Source: Limisphaerales bacterium (lineage in GTDB: Bacteria; Verrucomicrobiota; Verrucomicrobiia; Limisphaerales; SIBE01). From it: a stretch of 49,440 nt of DNA. The stretch is from assembly GCA_044225505.1 (NCBI GenBank), contig JBGAIN010000043.1:1-49440 (forward strand), in the 5' to 3' direction. The notes beneath the pieces are model-generated. The model saw only the letters and a program-made list of their open reading frames with translations. It was not told the origin of the DNA and made no database searches. Shown one piece after another: positions 39,231 to 46,890 of the stretch. Each line of letters starts with the position of its first letter. The stretch's first letter is position 1. The position numbers and the translations under genes were made by a program.

Positions 39231-41471
39231 TTAGGGAGGAATTTGCGTTTCGTTCAGGCGTCCAGCTCGATGCTCTATGCTGTCAGAAGATCGCCCGTCA
39301 ATCAGTGACGTAGCTTCGCGCAGGAGAATACGAGCGATCAGCCAATCGAACCACCGTCCGAAAATGTCTTCGGTCGGGCCCAATCCGCTCCGGAATTTGC
39401 TCTCGATGATCTCGCGTCCTTGAGCCCATTCAGAGCGGGCTGCGTCTGGCTGTTGGAGCTGGTGGCGAGACATGGAAAGAACAATTCGAGCGGTTGCGCA
39501 TCGCACTTTGCTGTCCGGGAAGGCCAAACATCGCTCGCACCATGCGACTGCGAGGGTTTGGTTGTCTCTCCGATACTCCATCAAGGCCAGGGATAGGGAC
39601 GCCCATGCGGCCATCTCCGATCGGTAGCGACTGAGCGGGTCGAACTCCACGTTCGTCTGCAAAGCAGCCAGCGGAGCTAGCAAGCTGATGGCTTCATCGT
39701 CTGCCGGCAGAAGGAGACTCCCCTTGACGATCCGCTCGCCGACATACCTGGTCTGCGAGTCCCTGAAACGGGTGATTGCCGTCCGACGCAGGCGCTCGTA
39801 CCCTGCTACGTCTCCAAGCTCGAGCAAAAGGGACCCGCACTTGAGAAAATCCATCGTGGGAAGGTCTTCTCCATCGAGTTGATTCAACTGCAAAGCCAGG
39901 GCGAAGCGTACCGCTGCGTCCCGCCAACGGCCGGCGACGGCGTGCCACTCGCCCAGGGTGCGGAGCGCGGCCGCGCCTTCAATGGTGGGTAGCGTGATGG
40001 AAGGCGAGATTTCCTTGAGCAACTGATCGGCCTCCTCGAATTTGCCTTGGCTTAAAAGAAAGTTGGCTTGGATGATCGATGCTCTGGCCTCGGCTTCCCG
40101 CCGCAACCTGGCTTCATCTGCGCGAAGTCTTTCGGCGTCCTGACGCAACCGATTTTGCTCACGCTCGGCGCGCGTAGCGCGCACTGCCTGCCACGTGCTG
40201 ACACCAATGCCCGCCACCAGCGCCACCGCAACCACCGCCCCGGCAGTGAAGACTAGCCTGTTCCGCTGCCACGCCTTCTGAAGTTTATAGGCCGCGCTGG
40301 GCGGGCACGCGACGACCGGCTCGTTATTTATGTGCCGCTGGATGTCCGCGGCGAGGCCATTCGCCGTTTCGTAACGCCGCGTGCGATCCTTCTCCAGGCA
40401 CTTCATCACGATCCAGTCGAGATCGGAGTGAATTTGCGATTTTAGATTTTTGATTTGTGATTTCGAATGCAGCTCCGCGGCGGCGTTCAGAAGCTTTTGC
40501 GTGAGCCGCGTACTCGGGCGCAGCGGCTCTTTCTCCCGAATCGTTTTGCGCATGGCATCGAACCCGCCCTGCAACATCTTTTTTGGGTCGAAAGGCGTCT
40601 GACCAACGAGCAATTCGTAAAGCAACACGCCGAGGCTGTAGATGTCGGCGCGGGTGTCGATGTCCAGGCCGCTCATCTCCGCCTGCTCGGGACTGATGTA
40701 GGCCGGCGTGCCGATGAACTGCTGGAATTGCGTGAAGACGGTCTTGTCCGTCAGTTCGCCATGTGTGGCCTTGGCGATGCCGAAGTCGATCACCTTCGGC
40801 ACGGGCACGCCGTCGTGCAGCGTCACGAGGATGTTTGAGGGCTTGATGTCTCGGTGGATGATGCCCTTCTGGTGGGCGTGCTGGATCGCCTGGCAGACGA
40901 GAATGAACAAGTTCAGCCTTTCGCAGGTGGGCAACTGCTTCTGATCGCAATATTCAGTGATCTTGATCCCGCGCACCAGTTCCATGACGAAATAGGGTCG
41001 TCCGGTGTCGGTCACACCGGCGTCGAAGATCCGGGCGATGTTCGCGTGGTCCATCATCGCCAGCGCCTGTCGCTCAGCCTCAAAGCGGGCGATCACCTGC
41101 TTGGTATCCATCCCCAGCTTGATGATCTTGAACGCGACGCGACGGCGCACTGGCTCCTGCTGGTCCGCCATGTAAACGACGCCGCAGCCGCCCTCACCGA
41201 TCTTCTGCAGCAACTTGTATCGCCCGATCACCAAACCTATTCCTTCTGCCAGATCTACCGATTCCACTCGGCGGGTCGGATCGGCTGCCGCCGTCTTGTT
41301 TTTAAGGAATGCTCCTGCAGCGTGGTGAGCTTGGACCAACGACTCCACTTCCGCGCGCAACTGAGAGTTATCCGCGCAAGCGCCTTTCAAATACGCGGCC
41401 CGCTCCTCCGCGGACTCAAAGCCAAGCGCTCGTTCGAGCAGGGTTTCCTCGCTAGCCTGGTCGTCGTTCAT
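39231..41471 (-). CDS. Membrane Ser/Thr kinase 3 with helical (TPR-like) C-terminal domain
   Basis: GEGGCGVVY, VAFK, HRDIKPSN, DFGIAKA, GTPAYISPEQ; TM LVFTAGAVVAVALVAGIGV; alpha-helical repeat C-terminus. Confidence 0.94.
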   Translation of the reverse strand: MNDDQASEETLLERALGFESAEERAAYLKGACADNSQLRAEVESLVQAHHAAGAFLKNKTAAADPTRRVESVDLAEGIGLVIGRYKLLQKIGEGGCGVVYMADQQEPVRRRVAFKIIKLGMDTKQVIARFEAERQALAMMDHANIARIFDAGVTDTGRPYFVMELVRGIKITEYCDQKQLPTCERLNLFILVCQAIQHAHQKGIIHRDIKPSNILVTLHDGVPVPKVIDFGIAKATHGELTDKTVFTQFQQFIGTPAYISPEQAEMSGLDIDTRADIYSLGVLLYELLVGQTPFDPKKMLQGGFDAMRKTIREKEPLRPSTRLTQKLLNAAAELHSKSQIKNLKSQIHSDLDWIVMKCLEKDRTRRYETANGLAADIQRHINNEPVVACPPSAAYKLQKAWQRNRLVFTAGAVVAVALVAGIGVSTWQAVRATRAEREQNRLRQDAERLRADEARLRREAEARASIIQANFLLSQGKFEEADQLLKEISPSITLPTIEGAAALRTLGEWHAVAGRWRDAAVRFALALQLNQLDGEDLPTMDFLKCGSLLLELGDVAGYERLRRTAITRFRDSQTRYVGERIVKGSLLLPADDEAISLLAPLAALQTNVEFDPLSRYRSEMAAWASLSLALMEYRRDNQTLAVAWCERCLAFPDSKVRCATARIVLSMSRHQLQQPDAARSEWAQGREIIESKFRSGLGPTEDIFGRWFDWLIARILLREATSLIDGRSSDSIEHRAGRLNETQIPP
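40430..40464 (-). repeat. 5 x 7-bp (NAAATCN) tandem repeat inside kinase 3
   Basis: Minus strand GAAATCA CAAATCA AAAATCT AAAATCG CAAATTC, encoding KSQIKNLKSQI. Confidence 0.8.
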
Positions 41472-41509
41472 GCGTGCGTCAGTCCTCGATTTCCGATTTC
41501 ACCGGGAGT

Positions 41510-41536
41510 AACGCCATTGCGGCGAGAAAAGGGTCA
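41510..41536 (-). promoter_or_regulatory. Putative ECF3 promoter (TGACCC-N15-GGCGTT) before kinase 3
   Basis: Lies in the ECF3-kinase 3 spacer; second copy at 39069-39095. Confidence 0.68.
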
Positions 41537-41566
41537 GATTATTATTGAGGACTCGCGGTCAAATGA

Positions 41567-42124
41567 TCAGATCGACCTCCGCCGTTGCAACTCCCGGTAA
41601 AGCCAGGCACGGGCGTGGGTCCATCGACGTTTCACCGTCTTTTCCGAGACTCCGAGCGCCTCGCCTGTCTCTGGGATGCTTAAACCGGCATAGAAGCGGA
41701 GCTTCACCAGTTCCGCTTTCTCGGGCGATTCGCGCGCCAGCGCCTGCACCGCTTCGTCCACCAACAGGAGGACCTCCGGTTCAGCGTCCGCAGCCAAATC
41801 GACCGTTTCCAGGTCGACCCGGACGCTCCCTCCACCGCGCTTCTGGCGCTGCTTGGCGCGGGCGCAGTCGATGAGTATTTGGCGCATGGCTTCGGCCGCA
41901 GCGCGAAAGAAATGCTGACGGCTATTCCAGGAGGCGGCGTTATGTCCAGCTATCTTGAGCCAGGCTTCATGGACCAAAGCGGTTGGTTGCAGCGTCTGGC
42001 CTGGCGGCTGTTGCGCCATTTTCGCGCGGGCCAACTCACGAAGCTCATGATAAATCAAGGGAAACAATTCTTCGGCCGCTGGCGCATCGCCCCGCTCATT
42101 CAGAAGTTTTGTCACGGCACTCAT
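41567..42124 (-). CDS. ECF sigma factor 3 (TIGR02999 / STK-associated type)
   Basis: LFPLIYHELRELA, GQTLQPTALVHEAWLKI, FFRAAAEAMRQILID, VSEKTVKRRWTHARAWL; start MSAVT at 42124. Confidence 0.94.
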   Translation of the reverse strand: MSAVTKLLNERGDAPAAEELFPLIYHELRELARAKMAQQPPGQTLQPTALVHEAWLKIAGHNAASWNSRQHFFRAAAEAMRQILIDCARAKQRQKRGGGSVRVDLETVDLAADAEPEVLLLVDEAVQALARESPEKAELVKLRFYAGLSIPETGEALGVSEKTVKRRWTHARAWLYRELQRRRSI

Positions 42125-42265
42125 CGATAGCGTAGGGAACTCAAAGAGATTAGCACGGCCGGCTCTAAAGACCAATCAATTGCATCTGGCTTTCAGGAAG
42201 GAAACGTAAGCCAAACAAGCAGGATCACTTGAAGTCTAATAACATGAGCGCCGATCAATCCGCCT

Positions 42266-42294
42266 TGATCGTTTTAGGGGAAGAATATCGCACT
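42266..42294 (+). promoter_or_regulatory. Putative ECF2 promoter, copy 3
   Basis: TGATCGTT-ttaggggaagaata-TCGCACT upstream of the M61 peptidase. Confidence 0.72.
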
Positions 42295-42349
42295 AAGACA
42301 GGAAGAACCTGTGGATGTCGGATCACAAAAACCCAGAAACGACTCGACC

Positions 42350-44314
42350 ATGAGAATTAGCCATGTCCGTGCGTTTTGCTCGCCGCTGGCGAGTGTGGCG
42401 CTTTTCATCCTTACCCTCACCCTCGCTTTGGAAGCCCGACGTGTGTGGGCCGCCACGGAGCTGGCCCCAATGCTGCTGGAGGTCGACGCTCGGGAGGTTT
42501 CTCGCAAGCTCATCCACGCACGCATGGAAATCCCAGTGCAGCCTGGAAAATTGGCCCTTTGGTACCCGAAATGGCTCCCGGGTAATCATTCACCAGCCGG
42601 CCCTATCGAAAACATCGGCGGCCTGCGGCTCGAGACCCTGGCTGGAAAGTCCGTCCCCTGGCGACGCGATGAAACAGACGTCTTCCGCATCGAGACAAAA
42701 GTTCCAGAAGGGGTGGATAGGATCGTCGTCAAGTTAGACTACATCTGCAATCCACCAACAACCGGAGCGATGGGAAACGCCTGCTATGCCAACGAGTCAC
42801 TAGCCTTAATTTCCTGGATCGCTTGTTTGCTCTATCCCGAAGGAAAGAAGTTAGACGAACTGCCAGTCAAAACGACCTTGCTGATTCCCGAAAAGTGGCG
42901 CTTTGGCAGCGCTCTAACCGTGACGAGCCAAGCCGAAGATCGGATTGAGTTCGATACTGAGACGTTGCGCGACCTCGTCGATTGCCCGCTGATCTGCGGC
43001 GCTAACGTCCGTTCGATCCAGCTTAAGACTCAGACCGGGCCGCCCGTCTTCATGCACCTAACCTCCGAGTCGCCCTCCGCGCTGCAACTCGACGACAATG
43101 CACTTGACGCCTATGCAAACGTGGCCAACCAAGCCATGGCGCTGTTTGGCGGTGCACATTTTACTTCCTATCACTGGCTGGTGATTTGCAGCGACGAAGT
43201 CCCAAGGATGGGATTGGAGCACCTTTCCTCGAGCATCAACGCACTCAAGGAACGGGACCTAATTGATGACAAGAAGCGGCAGGGGTATCGGACTGCCGGA
43301 CTGCTGCCTCATGAGTTCGCTCATTCGTGGTGCGGCAAACATCGGCGGCCGGCTGGGATGTTGACCTCCGACTTGCACACCCCGCAGCAAACCAGCCTTC
43401 TCTGGGTCTACGAGGGTCTTACAACCTATTTGGGTGACATCCTGACCGTTCGCAGCGGGCTAATGACGACCAACCAGTACCTTCCGGTGCTTGCCATGAC
43501 CGTGGACGAGCTCATGATAATCCACGGACGCCAATGGCGATCGCTGGAGGACACCGCCATCTCCAGTTATCTCCTGCGCGCGCCCAGTCCCAACTGGAGT
43601 TTATTGCGACGCTCTCAAGATTATTACGAGGAAGGACTGCTTCTCTGGTTGGAAGCCGATACCATTATCCGCCAGCAATCCGACGGTCGCCGCAGCCTTG
43701 ACGACTTCTGCAAGGAATTCATGGGAGCCCAACGTGGGTCTAAGATTGTCGCTTATGATCGGGCTGAAATAATCGACGCTCTCCAAAAGGTGGCAAAGTA
43801 TGACTGGGAGAACTTTCTCCACGAACGCGTCGATGTTCCACAGGAGACGCTGCCCCTGAGTGTCATCGAGCGATGCGGTTATCGCCTCCAATACGCGCCC
43901 AAACCGTCGGAGTTCGCCCAAGAGGTAGAGCGAGAGTTTAAGTTTATCGGCGAGTCGAGTTCGATTGGAGCCTTCTTCGCCGAGTCCGGCGAAGTTTGGG
44001 GAGTGGTGCCCGGTATGGCTGCAGCTAAGGCCGGGCTGGATGCCGGCATGGCAATCCAAGCAGTCAACGGCCGGAAGTTCAGCCGCCAACGCCTGACGGA
44101 TGCCATCGCCGAAAGCGTCACACGGCGACAGATCGAGTTTCTCGTCCTGGAAGGGCAAGCATTCCGGACGATCAAGGTGCCCTACGCGGACGGCCCCAAG
44201 CACCTCGAACTGGTGCGGGACCCCGCCAAACCCGACCTATTGATGAGCATTCTGAAACCCATTTCGATCAAGACCCAGACCGCTGATCAAAAAGGGGACC
44301 GAGCAGAGCGTTGA
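42350..44314 (+). CDS. Peptidase M61 (glycyl aminopeptidase-like) with C-terminal PDZ domain
   Basis: Signal peptide; YPKWLPGNH, LVDCPL, GLEHLSSS, zinc motif HEFAHSW, LLWVYEGLTTY, DYYEEG, PDZ AAKAGL...IQAVNG. Confidence 0.93.
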   Translation: MRISHVRAFCSPLASVALFILTLTLALEARRVWAATELAPMLLEVDAREVSRKLIHARMEIPVQPGKLALWYPKWLPGNHSPAGPIENIGGLRLETLAGKSVPWRRDETDVFRIETKVPEGVDRIVVKLDYICNPPTTGAMGNACYANESLALISWIACLLYPEGKKLDELPVKTTLLIPEKWRFGSALTVTSQAEDRIEFDTETLRDLVDCPLICGANVRSIQLKTQTGPPVFMHLTSESPSALQLDDNALDAYANVANQAMALFGGAHFTSYHWLVICSDEVPRMGLEHLSSSINALKERDLIDDKKRQGYRTAGLLPHEFAHSWCGKHRRPAGMLTSDLHTPQQTSLLWVYEGLTTYLGDILTVRSGLMTTNQYLPVLAMTVDELMIIHGRQWRSLEDTAISSYLLRAPSPNWSLLRRSQDYYEEGLLLWLEADTIIRQQSDGRRSLDDFCKEFMGAQRGSKIVAYDRAEIIDALQKVAKYDWENFLHERVDVPQETLPLSVIERCGYRLQYAPKPSEFAQEVEREFKFIGESSSIGAFFAESGEVWGVVPGMAAAKAGLDAGMAIQAVNGRKFSRQRLTDAIAESVTRRQIEFLVLEGQAFRTIKVPYADGPKHLELVRDPAKPDLLMSILKPISIKTQTADQKGDRAER

Positions 44315-44358
44315 GCCTTCTTTTGGGCTACCCTCACTCTTTCCTTTTTCCATTTCGA

Positions 44359-44386
44359 TGATCGTTTTCGTTTCGAATCTCGCACT
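44359..44386 (+). promoter_or_regulatory. Putative ECF2 promoter, copy 4 (13-nt spacer, probably relic)
   Basis: TGATCGTT-ttcgtttcgaatc-TCGCACT; the spacer resembles that of copy 5. Confidence 0.55.
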
Positions 44387-44456
44387 CAATCACGCCACAA
44401 CATATTGGCACATTCGGCGGAAATAGGTCTCCCGCAGTTCAGAGCCTGTTTGCCAT

Positions 44457-44529
44457 GCCGCCGAGGTGAGGAGGCGGAAATGAAGGCCCAAATCCGCGGT
44501 GAAATCCGCCTCATTACTTCGGTGGCTAC
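44457..44529. repeat. GTAG-type REP-like inverted repeat
   Basis: GCCGCCGAGGTGAGGAGGCGGA ... TCCGCCTCATTACTTCGGTGGCTAC; half copies GTAGCCGCCGACCGTGAGGCGGA at 44776-44798 and 31912-31934. Confidence 0.7.
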
Positions 44530-44601
44530 AGGACGTCGAGCTCCAAACAAGTAGCGGCCGACCGCCTATCTGTGCTAATCCTGGTTGTCTCGATTTAGTG
44601 G

Positions 44602-44744
44602 ACGAACGGGCCATAGCGAGCCCGTGCCCGATTGGATTTGCTCTCATAGGATTCAGCATTCATGACAACTCGCCGCTGTTCAGTCGCGGATCTCTTCCTT
44701 TGCCCTCATGCGAATACGCAACCTCGGAAGCTGAATTGGCGTCA
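44602..44744 (+). repeat. Diverged direct copy of the serine-hydrolase leader (45614-45763)
   Basis: GGCCATAGCGAGCCCGTGCCCGATTGGATTTGCTCTC...CAGTCGCGGA...GAATACGCAA...GGCGTCA matches the downstream copy. Confidence 0.8.
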
Positions 44745-44854
44745 CCGCCGGACTGCTGCCTCATGATTAGTCCTCGTAGCCGCCGACCGTGAGGCGGATC
44801 CTGTAGATGCGACTTTGTCTCGCGTCTCTCTACGTCTTTCGCTAGAATGACTCC

Positions 44855-45043
44855 GTGGAAAAGGTCATCCGCAGATTCCATTCGCATGCGGCCAGCGAGC
44901 GCGCTGATGTCGAGTACTATCGGTCGTTATCTCCGCAGCAGCGAATTGAAATCCTTCTGGACCTGATTGCGCGCGGCACTACCGATGAAGCTCAACCAAG
45001 ATTTGCGCGAGTTTATCGCATTACTAAACTCCGCGGGAGTTAA
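44855..45043 (+). CDS. Small protein (62 aa), partner of the downstream nucleotidyltransferase
   Basis: ADVEYYRSLSPQQRIEILL pattern; overlaps the next gene by 59 nt. Confidence 0.65.
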   Translation: MEKVIRRFHSHAASERADVEYYRSLSPQQRIEILLDLIARGTTDEAQPRFARVYRITKLRGS

Positions 45044-45434
45044 GTACCTGGTGGTCGGTGGGCATGCAGTGGCCTTTCATGGTTACCCACGATTCACTGG
45101 CGACATTGACTTCTTCATTGAACGCTCTTCTGAGAATGCGAATCGGCTAGAGTCGGTCCTGGTCCAGTTCGGCTTCGGCGGGCTGGGGCTTGCGGCGGAA
45201 GCTTTCCTTGAACCGGAGCGCGTAGTGCAACTAGGCCGTCCGCCGAACCGGATTGACTTGTTGACTTCGATTGACGGGGTGCAGTTCGCCGAAGCCTGGC
45301 CTCAAAAGGCTCCCGGTGAACTCGATGGCTTGCCGGTCAACTTTCTGGGTAAAGATCATCTTTTGACCAACAAGCGGGCATCCGCCCGACCTCAAGATCT
45401 GGCGGACGTCGACAAGTTGCAGCGCAGCCCCTAA
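44985..45434 (+). CDS. Nucleotidyltransferase (Pol-beta-like, DUF6036/AbiEii-related)
   Basis: MKLNQDLREFIALLN..V.YLVVGGHAVAFHGYPRFTGDID, RIDLLTSIDGV, NKRASARPQDLAD. Confidence 0.85.
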   Translation: MKLNQDLREFIALLNSAGVKYLVVGGHAVAFHGYPRFTGDIDFFIERSSENANRLESVLVQFGFGGLGLAAEAFLEPERVVQLGRPPNRIDLLTSIDGVQFAEAWPQKAPGELDGLPVNFLGKDHLLTNKRASARPQDLADVDKLQRSP

Positions 45435-45579
45435 GCGGGGGGCGACGGGAATCCCATTCATGGGAATGCTTTGTGAAGAATCTTTCTCTTGCATCTCCGG
45501 GCTGACGAGCGGCCCGTTCATTAGCGGTTCAATCCGCCAATCTGAGGGGCGGTCACGCGCCGTTCTTTTCCAGACCCGG

Positions 45580-45608
45580 CGATTGTTTTCGTTTTGAGAT
45601 CTCGCACC
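45580..45608 (+). promoter_or_regulatory. Putative ECF2 promoter, copy 5 (3 mismatches)
   Basis: CGATTGTT-ttcgttttgagatc-TCGCACC upstream of the serine hydrolase pseudogene. Confidence 0.55.
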
Positions 45609-45728
45609 AGAGAACGAAAGGCCATGGCGAGCCCGTTCCCGTTTGGATTCGCTCTCGTGGGGTTTACCATCTATGACAATGCCTTCTCGCGGCGATGTCC
45701 AGTCGCGGACCTCTTCCATGGCCCTTAC

Positions 45729-46654
45729 ATGAATACGCAACTTCGGAGGCGGAATCGGCGTCAGCTTCCCTTCCAGTTTATTCTGGGGATGATCCTTTTC
45801 GCATTCGTCTCCATTCAAGCGGCGGCGCAAGGCTCTTCAGCCGAGACGAATCTGATCGAAGAGATCAGCCATGAGTTAGAGAATGTTTTTAAGCCGAATG
45901 AGCCGGGGGCGGCCGTGATCGCACTCAAAGACGGTCATGTCGTGTTTCGTCGAGGCTACGGAATGGCGAATCTGGAGCTCGATGTCGCGGTTGAGCCGGA
46001 TATGATTTTCCGTATCTGAGCATGACTCAACCCCACGCGGCCGGCGCACTGATTTCTACCGTGGATGACCTGGCAAAATGGGACGCGGCTCTTTACACCG
46101 AACAGCTCGTTCAGCAGCAATCTCTGACAAAAGCCTGGACCCCGTTCGTGATGAACAATGGCAAGGCGACCAAGTATGGCTACGGCTGGATTGTGACAAC
46201 GCTTGAAGGCGAACGGATGATCACTCATTCCGGAGGAATCAATGGTTTCTCCTGCGACGGTGTGCGGTTGCCAGACTCGCGCATTTACGTGGCCATTCTT
46301 TCTAATCGAGGAGACAGGTTTGGCCATTTGGCAAAAAAAATCGCAGCCAGACTCGCTGGGAAGAAGATAAGGGATCCGGTCGCCATTAAACTGCCTTCCC
46401 TCGAGAAATATGCCGGTGCTTATCGGCTTTCCAGCCGCGCCGAGCTCGTCGTTAGCCGGGATGGTGATTCGCTTTATCTGCAGCATCCCCAAATGGGGAA
46501 AGAGGAAATTGTGCCGATGAGCGAAACCGAATTCTTCTACAAAAATGATCCCGCGTCTCGCGCCGAGTTCGTGTCCAAAGGCGGCGTACTCATCTCGATC
46601 ATCATTCGCCATCGCTTTTTTCCTGATGACGAAGCTAAAGTGATTCAACCCTAG
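45729..46654 (+). pseudogene. Beta-lactamase-family serine hydrolase with internal deletion
   Basis: N-part (signal, EPGAAVI..GYGMANLE..PDMIFRI*) jumps out of frame to (YLS)MTQPHAAGALISTVDDLAKWD..HSGGING; the SxxK and YxN segment is absent. Confidence 0.85.
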
Positions 46655-46824
46655 AATATTTAGAAATCCGAGGTGCTCAGCGGATAATGGTCCTGCGCCC
46701 CGGCGTCCAACCCCAATTCCTTCTAATGCGATTTAGGCGCGGTGAATCCTCGGTGGAAGCACCTTCCAAAGCCTGCGCGCTTTGAAGAGAAATCAACCTA
46801 TAACCCTTTTGACTTTCCCGAGCG

Positions 46825-46853
46825 TGATCGTTTTGGATCACGAATCTCGCACT
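46825..46853 (+). promoter_or_regulatory. Putative ECF2 promoter, copy 6
   Basis: TGATCGTT-ttggatcacgaatc-TCGCACT, ending 37 nt before ATG 46891. Confidence 0.72.
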
Positions 46854-46890
46854 ACAAGGCGACGATCCCGTGACGGTCTGATCGAACTCT

